Source: Giardia intestinalis
Taxonomy: Eukaryota
Length of the DNA: 64,000 nt
Reading direction: 5' to 3' (one strand)
Assembly (NCBI GenBank): GCA_000002435.2
Contig: CM018792.1
The translations under genes were made by a program, and so were the position numbers. The notes under the pieces were generated by a model that saw only the letters and a program-made list of their open reading frames with translations, had not been told where the DNA came from and did no database searches. Positions 29,909 to 38,645 of this stretch are shown here, in pieces (positions within the stretch are counted from its first letter, which is position 1; each line of letters opens with the position of its first letter).

Positions 29909-30580
29909 ATGTCGTCTACAGATGATTCGGATCACTGCTCTCAGGAGTGCGACCGTACCTTGCCTCCTACGCCCGAGAATGACACAGACGATGAGTATAT
30001 GAGTGAAGACATTCCCACCGAGTCTTCAGAGATGGATGGTGAAGATGGCATGGACGAGGACGGCGTCACTGAGCTCATGAAGGCGGCCAGACGAAACGAC
30101 GTAGATGCAGTGAAGCGCTATATTCCTCAGCAGGCGGGAATGGTGGCGAAGTTTTTCAAGGCGGGAGGCGTAAATATATATGAAGGGACAGCCCTGATGG
30201 TCGCCGCGGTGCTTGGACACGCCGAGGTGGTGAAGCTGCTGATGAAGCACGAGAGTGGAATGATGAGCAGCGATAAGCACACCGCCCTTATGTGGGCGGC
30301 AGTCAACGGTCATACTGAGGTTGTGAGGCTACTCGTGGAGGTTGAGGGCGGCATGAAGAGGAGCGAGGGCTGGACTGCTCTCGTCGGTGCAGCATCCTTT
30401 GGCCATTTGGAGTGTGTTAAATTACTGCTAGAGAAGGAGAAGGACGTAGGCGGCGAGGTTGCCCTCTACATGGCTAGTACATGGGGTAACTCCGAGGTGG
30501 TGTCTTTTCTCAAAAGTAAGGGTATTGTAGATCCATACTTACAAATGTTGTCCAGAAAGGCCGTGAGTGAACGCGCTTAA
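29909..30580 (+). CDS. Ankyrin-repeat protein (224 aa from ATG 29909; the track start 29681 is a GTG inside the GC-rich island)
   Basis: ATG 29909 is preceded by gaataaaaATG. Acidic N-terminus followed by ankyrin repeats (GTALMVAAVLGHAEVVKLLMK, HTALMWAAVNGHTEVVRLLVE, GWTALVGAASFGHLECVKLLLEKE). Confidence 0.75.
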   Translation: MSSTDDSDHCSQECDRTLPPTPENDTDDEYMSEDIPTESSEMDGEDGMDEDGVTELMKAARRNDVDAVKRYIPQQAGMVAKFFKAGGVNIYEGTALMVAAVLGHAEVVKLLMKHESGMMSSDKHTALMWAAVNGHTEVVRLLVEVEGGMKRSEGWTALVGAASFGHLECVKLLLEKEKDVGGEVALYMASTWGNSEVVSFLKSKGIVDPYLQMLSRKAVSERA

Positions 30581-30885
30581 CTGTTGATCGAGTTTGATGA
30601 TAGATCGGATTCCCCTCCAGCTGTGCAGCAAACAGACACCTCAATGAAGTGGTGGCTGTCAGTGGGGCACACAGCCACCCATTTCCTCAGAGGCCAGGGG
30701 AGCAGGCCTTCTCACCCTCGGTCAGCACTGCAATACTAGGGGTGGGTGAAACGGTCGCACAGGTGGTCTTCTCATCTCTTATGCAGAAGCCCTTCGTAAG
30801 CATTGGACCACTACAGATCTGTAGACACAAACCTCTGTGGAAACGGATCGTTTCCAAAACGGTAGATTACCAAAATAATACCAGG

Positions 30886-33131
30886 ATGGACACTTCCTCG
30901 TCTGAGCCTGCAACTGTGGCTCTCAGGGTCCCACTGTTCACCCCTAGGGAGCTTCATGAGCGGTTAGGTGATGGGCTTAATGAAAACACCATGGGGACAG
31001 TCTACTCTCTCAAGGGCTATCCAAACCTCGCTGTGCAGGAGATCCTCCTCGATGGCCTGGACAAGGGGGATCTGGACACCATCAGACTAGAGCTGGCCAC
31101 CCTTCTCGACCTCTCCCATCCGAGGGTCCTCAAGCACCACCAAGTAGTCGAGGACGAGGGCCTCATCTACGTCGTCACGGACCGGCACGACAGGACCCTC
31201 GAGCGCCTCCTCACCGAGCACAAACGAAGGAAGATCCCCGTGTCTGCCGGCGTGATCCTCTCCGTCATGAAACAGCTCGCCGCCGCCCTCGCCTATCTTC
31301 ATGGTCTCAGCGGGGTAGGTGCTAATGGGCTTGTCCACTGCGACCTCAGGCCTGCCAACGTCCTCATCAGCGCAGACGGGGAGCGCTTCGTCATCGCCGA
31401 CTTCGGCCTCTGCAGAAACACATTGTGGAGTGAGAGCACCATTGCAGGCATGGCAGTATACATGGCCCCCGAGATGCTCCTCCACAACGAGCCCAGCCCC
31501 GCCTCCGATGTGTGGAGCCTCGGGGTCATCCTCTACGAGATGGCCACTCTGAGGAGACCGGACTTCCTGAAAGGTAAAGACCCAAAAGACGTCTTCGTCG
31601 ACAGGTGGAGGCCGGACCTGAGCAGTGTCACCGATGGCTTCATAAAGAGTGTTCTGGAGAGGATATTCGTGCTGGAGCCAGAGGAAAGACTGACAGCCAG
31701 GGAGCTGCACGAGACGCTCACTGCGGCTGACATCCCAGTTGGTGAGCTGGGGGCTCAGTACGCGATGCTGAAGTACGAATGCGGATCCCTGAAGGCCGCT
31801 CTGAACAGTGCTAACGCTAGGATTGCTACTCTTGAGGCAGCCCTCGACGCCAGGTCTACTGAGATGGTGTCTCAGTCAACCGAGACTGCCTCTCTCAAGG
31901 ACGCACTTGAAGATCAGTGCAAGGAGCATCTGGCCATGATTAAGGCACTAGAGAATAGATTCACAGAATTTAGTGGTGGGATGAACACGAGTAGCTCCCA
32001 GATCAACCTCTCTGCGCTGCCTCAACTGATCCGTGCTGCACACACGAATAACATGGAGACTGTCCGGATGCTGGCTAACAAGAGGAACTACATCGGCCAG
32101 CGCGACGAGCAGGGGATGACGGCCCTCATGCACGCGGCCCAGCAGGGGCACATCGGTCCTGTCGAGCTGCTTGTTAGAAAAGAGAGGGGTCTCAAAGATA
32201 AGAGCGGTTGGACCGCGCTCATGCACGCTGCACACGGGAACCACCTTGAGGTAATTGAGATTCTCATCCCTTATGAACATAGGAAGAGGAGCAAGAATAA
32301 CCACACTGCCTTGATGATCGCCGTAAAAAAGGGCCACATAGAAGCTGCCTCCCTTCTAGTCTCATATGAGAAGAACCTGATCGACGACGAAGGCAAAACG
32401 GCCTTGGTGATTGCGGCAGAGGCAGGACATGAAGCTCTGATGGAGACCATCGACCCAACCGATGACAGGGGCGTCACGGCGCTCATGCGAGCCGTTGATA
32501 GAGGTGATATGGCAACAGCAAAAGCGCTTGTGGCTCTTCAACGAGGACGAGTGGCACATGGTGAGACGGCGCTAATGCAAGCAGTCACGTACGACAATAT
32601 AAATGGGATAAAATTATTACTGCCACATGAAAGCGGTATGCATGATAGATATGGTGCAACCGCCCTCATGAAAGCTGCCTATAAGGGTTACTTAGAGGCA
32701 GTAAAGTTATTAATAAAAAAGAAAGTGGGATGAAGGACAATTATAACAGGACTGCGCTCATGGAAGCGGCGGCTAGGAATCATTTGGAAATAGTTATAAT
32801 GTTAATAGAATATGAAGCATGCATGAGGGATAGCTTTGGGGAAACGGCCCTTATGAAGGCTGCTTCGAATGGTCATTTGGAGGTAGTTGAGCTGTTGATA
32901 GAATACGAAGCTGGTAAAAATGATGACTCTGGAGAAACAGCCCTTATGAAAGCCGCCCTCGGGGGCTATCTGAAGGTAGTCGAGCTGCTATTTGAAAGCG
33001 AGGGGTATCTAATAGACAAATCTGACAAATCCTTCTTTGGTAAGCTTGAGGCTAAGGGCTACTTTGAGATAGTATCTTTCCTTAGGGACAGCAGTAGAAC
33101 ATCTAGCACCGATGGCTACAGTTACTCTTAG
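30886..33131 (+). CDS. NEK-type kinase-ankyrin gene (NEK1 copy), split by a -1 frameshift in an A6 run at 32723-32728 (ORFs 30886-32733 and 32730-33131)
   Basis: Kinase subdomains present: HCDLRPANVLI, DFG and APE, followed by coiled coil and ankyrin repeats. Start placed at ATG 30886 by alignment with the paralogue at 60860 and the AT-rich taccaaaataataccaggATG. Adding one A in ttaataaaaaagaaagtgggATGaagg restores the expected ankyrin linker LLIKKESGMKD. Confidence 0.75.
31018..32074 (+). repeat. Segmental duplication / gene-conversion tract, copy A (pairs with 61001-62057)
   Basis: 31018-31077 identical to 61001-61060. A diverged 48-bp patch follows. Then 31126-32049 is identical to 61109-62032 (924 bp), with a single difference at 32050. 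Confidence 0.8.
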
Positions 33132-33930
33132 ATTACTTTACGGCTCACGAGTAAATCTGTCGTTCCCTCAAGAGAAGCAGAAGGCCCTGGAGAACAGGCT
33201 GGACTACGTCAGGGCCCACAAGGCCGTGGACGCAGGCCAGAGGGACGCAGACGGGAAGACGGCGCTCATGTGGGCCGCCGAGGCCGGGCACACCGCCGTC
33301 GCCCTGGAGCTGGTCGACGCAGAGGCGGGCCTGGTCTCGAACGACGGGTCCTTCGCGCTGATCGCGGCGGCAAAGAGGGGGAACCTCGAGCTGATCCAGG
33401 CCCTTTTCGAGAAGGAGGGGAGGCTGCGGGACGCCGGCAAGCTCTCCGCCCTCAACCACGCCTCCAGGGCGAAGCAGTTCGAGGCGGCCAAGGTCCTCCG
33501 GCTGAAGACCATCGAGACGATGGACGCGGCGATGCTGGAGCAGCTCCGGCAGAGGGTCGCGGCCACCTACACCGAGATGGCCAAGAAGTCGCAGCAGGCC
33601 GAGGTCAAGAGCCACAACATGGCCATCTTCCGCTCGTTCTTCGAGGCGTTCTACTCCCTCTCCTGCTCGGGGATCGACCAGGGGGCGGAGATCTCGGAGG
33701 AGCAACTGAACAAGTCCCTCGAGAAGTGCCTGGGCGAGATCCGCAAGCTCCTCAACTCGAAGAAGTACACGAAGTGCGTGAAGTGCCGCGCCAACGCCCC
33801 CAACCTGGTCTGCATGCCGTGCAAGCACTACGTCCTCTGCAAGGACTGCGGGAAGGACGTGGCCAGCGAGGTCTGTCCTGGTCTGCGAGAACCCCCTTGG
33901 CACACTAGTAGATCCTCAAGGTATCGCTAA
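33112..33930 (+). CDS. GC-rich ankyrin-repeat protein with coiled coil and a C-terminal RING-like (C3HC4-type) zinc finger that lacks its last Cys in frame
   Basis: Ankyrin repeats (DGKTALMWAAEAGHTAVALELV, FALIAAAKRGNLELIQAL). Finger: CVKCRANAPNLVCMPCKHYVLCKDCGKDVASEVCP-GLREPP. Composition switches to about 65% GC from ~33170. The start overlaps the end of the previous ORF by 20 nt in another frame. Confidence 0.55.
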   Translation: MATVTLRLLYGSRVNLSFPQEKQKALENRLDYVRAHKAVDAGQRDADGKTALMWAAEAGHTAVALELVDAEAGLVSNDGSFALIAAAKRGNLELIQALFEKEGRLRDAGKLSALNHASRAKQFEAAKVLRLKTIETMDAAMLEQLRQRVAATYTEMAKKSQQAEVKSHNMAIFRSFFEAFYSLSCSGIDQGAEISEEQLNKSLEKCLGEIRKLLNSKKYTKCVKCRANAPNLVCMPCKHYVLCKDCGKDVASEVCPGLREPPWHTSRSSRYR

Positions 33931-33937
33931 GGCATAT

Positions 33938-34381
33938 GTGGGGGTGGATGGCTGCTCAGCATGTACAGCCCCGACAGCTCTGACAACAGCTGGCATGACT
34001 GCTGCTATATGCACCTCTTGTGATAACAGTAAGAAGCCCAACAAGGGTGGCAGTGGGTGCTTCACATGTGCTATCGATGGATGCTCGCACTGCAACAGAG
34101 ACAACATGTGCGAGGCATGTAATGATGGTAAGAAGGTGAGCCCTGGGAGGAAGTCATGCGTGGATGGCTGTCCCAGCAACTCCACTGACACCGACTCTGT
34201 CTGTGTGTGCAGTGATGGGTACAGTCTAGACAGCAGTGGGGCCTCCTGTGTGTCCTCTGGCGCCAACAGGGGCGGGCTCTCCACGGGGGCCATCGCGGGG
34301 ATCTCCGTCGCCGTGGTCGTCGTCGTGGGGGGCCTCGTGGGCTTCCTCTGCTGGTGGTTCGTGTGCAGGGGGAAGGCGTGA
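33938..34381 (+). pseudogene. VSP C-terminal relic (CXXC motifs, transmembrane segment, CRGKA tail); no ATG or signal peptide
   Basis: Ends ...[17 protein letters not shown]. The track start is a GTG. The frame is open upstream into the RING-finger ORF. Confidence 0.7.
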
Positions 34382-34395
34382 CTTAGATAATAACC
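34381..34395 (+). promoter_or_regulatory. Degenerate extended VSP poly(A) signal (ACTTAGATAATAACC)
   Basis: Overlaps the TGA. One mismatch (TAGT to TAAT) against ACTYAGRTAGTRAAY. Confidence 0.5.
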
Positions 34396-34675
34396 GCATC
34401 AAGAGATGTGCTGATAGCTTCCTGGGTCCTGATTCGCCAAGCACTGGGTAGTATCTAGCCGAAGGTCTCAAAAAGAGACAGACCCGCATCAGACGAACGA
34501 TAGTACCAGAGGGAGGGAGCTAGGAGTGCCTCCATCAGAATAAGCAGGACAGCCTTGTTAAGACAGCGTAGCTAACCAGTTATTCGCCTCTGTGCAACAA
34601 TGTCATGCGAATCTTCACTTTTTTATGACATGACATACAATTTATTATTGCACTACTTGTAAAGCAATTAAAAGG

Positions 34676-36121
34676 ATGGACTCGATTGAAGAGAAAACGG
34701 CCGACTCTGTGACCTGCCGCTTTGTCACCCAGCTTCCCATAGAGCTACAAATCGACGACGATGAGTATGCCATTCCTACCATGGCGACTCGACTGGAGTT
34801 ATCTCAGCTTATTAATACCTTAATAGGGCGCCCACACCCCCTTGCCTTTGACTTCTTGGTGAATGGCTCATTTATGCATACAGCACTTGGTGACCACTTG
34901 CTCCTAAATGAGATAAGCTCCGAACAGGCCTTGACGATAGAATATATCTTGGCACAGCTTCCTCCCTCTGATAAGTACACCCTTAAAGTGAGCGACTGGG
35001 TTTCCACAATCATTCCATCGATGAATGATTACTTTACCCTGCCTAAAGACATTAAGGATGCTGCTTTAGCATCTCTGTATGATGGATCCTTGGTGCTCTT
35101 CAACTTTGCCAGCCAAGATCAGGCAGATGATTATGACAGCGCCGATGAGCTGGTTGGTACACGACACCAAGTGTGCAAGCTATTCAGCACCCCAATAAAA
35201 GCTACCTGTCTTGTGAAGATCAACGATCAAATGCACGTCGCGGCTGGCGGATATGAGGGACGGATACTATGTTCTACAATCTCCGAGACTGATGCATCAT
35301 TCACACAAGAGGTCGAATATACCAATCTGAATAGCCCCATTCTCTCTCTGGCAAGCAACACGTCACTCTCCTACATGGCGGCGGGGACAGTCGACGGTTT
35401 GGTTTATCTCTATGATATAGCAAACACGCAGCGAGCGACAGAACCGATGGTAATGCAGGTAGAGCCTAGACCTAAACGCAAGCGTATCCACGGCAATACA
35501 ATAATCAAGACAGCCACAGAGCGCCTGTCCTTTTTGTTTCACTCGGTGCAGACGTCGGAGGCCCGTGCACACGACCCTTTCACAGTTGCCACAGATATCA
35601 ATAGCGTGACCTTCAGCAATGAGCATAATAGCCCTTATATTGCAGCTGGCTGTGCGGATAACTGCATCCGGTTCTATAATATCAAAAAGAATGCCCCAGC
35701 AGGACTCATATCCACAAATTCTTCCTGCCAAGTTCTGAAGTACATGAAGAGGTCTGACGACATGCTCCTCTGTGGCTTCAATAACAAGCTACTAAGGCTC
35801 TATGACACTAGGAAGGATAAGCCACTTGTGTCAACGTTCACAGGCCACAAGTCGTCCCTAACATGCTTAGATGTTCGGGATAACATGATCATTAGTGGGT
35901 CTATAGGCGGGGATCTGTGCGTATGGGATCCTAGGTCGTCTGTCCCGCTGTGGGTTGGAGATTGCTTTTATAGGAAATTGGAGCACAAACGGGATCAATC
36001 CCGATTACTTTCATGTGCCTTTGCGGTCAATGCATTGGCTCCTGTATTCTATCATGGAGGAAGCGACCGTCAGATAACGATGCGGAAGATAACAGACCCG
36101 CTTGCCCTTTCTCGAAAGTAA
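34676..36121 (+). CDS. Ribosome-biogenesis WD40 protein, WDR12/Ytm1-like (N-terminal NLE ubiquitin-like domain plus WD40 repeats)
   Basis: The N-terminus (VTCRFVTQLP...LSQLINTLIG..PLAFDFLVNG..LTIEYI) matches the NLE domain. DWVSTI follows, and WD repeats end in ...GSIGGDLCVWD. ATG at 34676 after attaaaaggATG. Confidence 0.6.
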   Translation: MDSIEEKTADSVTCRFVTQLPIELQIDDDEYAIPTMATRLELSQLINTLIGRPHPLAFDFLVNGSFMHTALGDHLLLNEISSEQALTIEYILAQLPPSDKYTLKVSDWVSTIIPSMNDYFTLPKDIKDAALASLYDGSLVLFNFASQDQADDYDSADELVGTRHQVCKLFSTPIKATCLVKINDQMHVAAGGYEGRILCSTISETDASFTQEVEYTNLNSPILSLASNTSLSYMAAGTVDGLVYLYDIANTQRATEPMVMQVEPRPKRKRIHGNTIIKTATERLSFLFHSVQTSEARAHDPFTVATDINSVTFSNEHNSPYIAAGCADNCIRFYNIKKNAPAGLISTNSSCQVLKYMKRSDDMLLCGFNNKLLRLYDTRKDKPLVSTFTGHKSSLTCLDVRDNMIISGSIGGDLCVWDPRSSVPLWVGDCFYRKLEHKRDQSRLLSCAFAVNALAPVFYHGGSDRQITMRKITDPLALSRK

Positions 36122-36122
36122 A
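36116..36122 (+). promoter_or_regulatory. Giardia poly(A) signal AGTAAAT overlapping the WDR12 stop codon
   Basis: cgaaAGTAAATtaa matches AGTRAAY at the stop. Confidence 0.5.
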
Positions 36123-36170
36123 TTAATTGTCTAGACATCAGCCCTTCTTTTCTTAAGTCCACGAAGTGAG

Positions 36171-36181
36171 AATTAAAAATG
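36171..36181 (+). promoter_or_regulatory. AT-rich initiator AATTAAAAATG at the start of the alpha/beta hydrolase gene
   Basis: Exact Giardia-type initiator abutting the ATG at 36179. Confidence 0.5.
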
Positions 36182-37006
36182 GTACAGACGCATAGCGTTC
36201 CTTTATACCCCCACAGCAGGGCCATTTACCGGGTAGACTCTGTGGCCATAGATGTGCTAGATAGAGGCAGTCCATTCACGTTTGTCCTAGTTCATGGGCA
36301 TTGCTCGAACAAGCACGCAATCTTCTTTGATGCAATCTTTGAAAGGTCTCCCCATAATGTGGTCCGATTTGACTCTCCAGGACAAGGGGATGCACCGGGT
36401 ACATACTCCCTCTCTTATGCGGATGAGGTTGACGTTCTATCCTCAGTCCTTGATCACCTTAAAGAATACATACAGGAGTGGGGGTTAAGCCGCACGGTGC
36501 TTGTGGGCCACTCGCGGGGAGCAAATATATCTCTGTTGTACATCCAAAGGTTGGTGTTGCAGTGTCCTGAGCAGCCTGAGCTACCTTATGTCGTGGTTGT
36601 CTCGGGGCGCTTTGATCTCTCCGGAACCTTAACCAGTCAACTCACACCTGAAGAAGTTCTACAATTAGAGAACGGCCACGAATTTACAAAAGCGTTTCCA
36701 GGTTGCAGGTGTCCTCTACTAGTGACACCAGCATTCATATTGGAACGCAGGAGCATCCAACTGGGAGACGCATGCCGTGTTCTCAGTCAAACAGACAGAC
36801 TTGCAGTACTTCATGGTACAAATGATCGGGCTGTTCCTCCGCAGGAGAGCTCTCTGATGGTCCAGTTTTATTCTGAGGAAAAGAAGAGGAGCAGGCTGAG
36901 ACTTGTGGATGAGGCTACACACAACTGGAAATACAAGCTCGAAGAAGGATATCATGCTTTCTGCGGACTTATAGAGGGACTACTTGTTGCTCACAGAAAA
37001 GACTAG
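36179..37006 (+). CDS. Alpha/beta-fold serine hydrolase
   Basis: VLVHGHCSN (HG motif) and GHSRG (GxSxG nucleophile elbow), followed by the acid and His region. Confidence 0.6.
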   Translation: MVQTHSVPLYPHSRAIYRVDSVAIDVLDRGSPFTFVLVHGHCSNKHAIFFDAIFERSPHNVVRFDSPGQGDAPGTYSLSYADEVDVLSSVLDHLKEYIQEWGLSRTVLVGHSRGANISLLYIQRLVLQCPEQPELPYVVVVSGRFDLSGTLTSQLTPEEVLQLENGHEFTKAFPGCRCPLLVTPAFILERRSIQLGDACRVLSQTDRLAVLHGTNDRAVPPQESSLMVQFYSEEKKRSRLRLVDEATHNWKYKLEEGYHAFCGLIEGLLVAHRKD

Positions 37007-37383
37007 GTAATACTGGTAAATCGCCTGCGTGTCACAAAAATAATACTATCTCCCCGGATGACCAGCAAAGGAAAGAAGCGGTTGAGTGAGTGTCCGGTCT
37101 CTTCTGCGTTAATTAAAATAAGATTCATATGTTCATCAAAGCTCGCCAAAAGTCCAGTTATGGACGAGTTATTTTGCAACAGAACGCTAACACGGTCTTC
37201 CAGGCTTGTCTTTAACAGGTAAAGAGGGTTTGAAAACTCCGTGTATTCAGGCGTGACTCTATCGCCAGCTGAACCGTGAAACAGGGGCGCTTCCATATAT
37301 TCTTCATTGCTGTGATCCACATCCATTCCAGTCTTCCGGCCAGCGCCTTCTGACTGTAAGTAGGTTAGCGAGGCTCCTGACAT
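37003..37383 (-). CDS. Sm-like (LSm) protein with an N-terminal extension
   Basis: Sm1/Sm2 pattern: LLKTSLEDRVSVLLQNNSSITGLLASFDEHMNLILINAEE ... LLVIRGDSIIFV. ATG at 37383. Confidence 0.55.
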   Translation of the reverse strand: MSGASLTYLQSEGAGRKTGMDVDHSNEEYMEAPLFHGSAGDRVTPEYTEFSNPLYLLKTSLEDRVSVLLQNNSSITGLLASFDEHMNLILINAEETGHSLNRFFPLLVIRGDSIIFVTRRRFTSIT

Positions 37384-37889
37384 TGTGCTGTTATTTTATA
37401 AATTAAGGCTCTCTTGTTTCTTTGGTTTTCAAATGGGTAAGTAAATGGTCCTTCTCCGCGTGATAAGTACGCCTGTGCATTACCGGGCTTTCTCCGTGGT
37501 TTAGGCCCTTTCATGCGTTCCACTGATGCTCTTAGATAAGTTGAGGATTGGTTGAGATTAGTTGACTGTGGCGTCTTATGGATGAAAAGAGTGAACTGGT
37601 GATGCGTTCTGCTTTACGGCAGCTAGCTAGCTGCAAGTAGAGTCCTACAGAGAAAATCAGTACAAAAGATAGTACATAGTTAAGTAACCCAATCAGGATT
37701 GGAGTCTGCTCGTGGCTGGATTGCTTCTTTGCACCTCGGATCCATGGGCAAATCAAGGTCCAAGCTCACCTCTGAGACAGTTCCAATTCTTTAAAACTTA
37801 ACTTTAAAACCTAATGGTTGTAACATACAATGTGTTTTATTTACACGCTAAGAATGTCTAAGGATCACAGCATATGATGATGGTGGTGA

Positions 37890-38645
37890 TCACTTCGACT
37901 GTCGACTGCCAACAAAGCTCCCAGTAAAGCTCCCAGCAAAGCTGCCAGTAAGGCTCACTCTGAGACGTGGTGTGCCGGTAGCAGATCCAGGAGTTGCAGG
38001 ACTGGTAGTTAATGACATAGCCCTCCCGAGCTTTGTGGTTGTACTGTGGGTAAACATAACGTTGATGGTGGAAAAGAATGCACGCAAGTCTTCCATTGCC
38101 TTTTGAGGCTCCTCAGTTTCACACTCCAACTCTACCATGCGGCCCGGCCTGGGCACAATGAATATGACGTTATCTAGTTCCAGGGTATGCTTTTTATACG
38201 TGTATCTGCGTCGCATAGTTGTAAAGGAAGCAATCTTCATAAGTGCTCCTTCAATCGCGTTGTCTAAAACCGTATGAAGGTCACATACATTGTTCTTGAA
38301 AAATGATAACACTCTTTCCCCTGTCGAATCGCCCATCAGAGCGCTATAGTCCTCTTTGGAGATGTGGACCTCCTCCTCTATTGCACGAAAGACTCCTGCA
38401 GCCGTGATGCTCGACTTTGCCTTCAAGGTGGCTGTGTAAGAAATGCTTGTCGCTGTCTTCAGTTCACGAAGACGCATGGATGCCTTCTGATGGGCCAGCT
38501 CGTGAGTTGCAGTGTCAAAGTAAGTGCTTGTTAGGGTCACCGAGCCTATATATTTTGCTTGTTTGTCTAGTTCCGTGAGGACTTGTGCGTACGAATTAGG
38601 GTCGCACAGCGTGAGTTTGATCTCCTGCTCAATATTGGACGGCAT
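37890..38645 (-). CDS. CYTH-domain protein (thiamine-triphosphatase-like triphosphate tunnel enzyme)
   Basis: N-terminal EIKLTL (ExExK signature) followed by YFDT, matching the eukaryotic ThTPase layout. The track start (38657) is a TTG; first ATG at 38645. Confidence 0.55.
   Translation of the reverse strand: MPSNIEQEIKLTLCDPNSYAQVLTELDKQAKYIGSVTLTSTYFDTATHELAHQKASMRLRELKTATSISYTATLKAKSSITAAGVFRAIEEEVHISKEDYSALMGDSTGERVLSFFKNNVCDLHTVLDNAIEGALMKIASFTTMRRRYTYKKHTLELDNVIFIVPRPGRMVELECETEEPQKAMEDLRAFFSTINVMFTHSTTTKLGRAMSLTTSPATPGSATGTPRLRVSLTGSFAGSFTGSFVGSRQSK

Noticed and set aside
31087-31710. Antisense 207-aa and 244-aa ORFs opposite the NEK kinase domains (also 60959-61693)
   Set aside because: Mirror-strand ORFs in GC3-rich coding sequence. 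They are identical in both copies only because the underlying DNA is duplicated.
33145-33908. Overlapping long ORFs on both strands inside the GC-rich ankyrin/RING gene (33145-33903 -, 33204-33566 -, 33270-33908 +)
   Set aside because: High-GC sequence is stop-poor in all frames. Their translations are Arg/Gly/Pro-rich low-complexity strings, whereas the 33112 frame carries recognisable ankyrin repeats and a zinc finger.
37532-37756. 74-aa ORF with a hydrophobic segment in the 500-bp gap
   Set aside because: No ATG-context support or homology. It is kept only as part of the note that this gap could hide a small gene or ncRNA.
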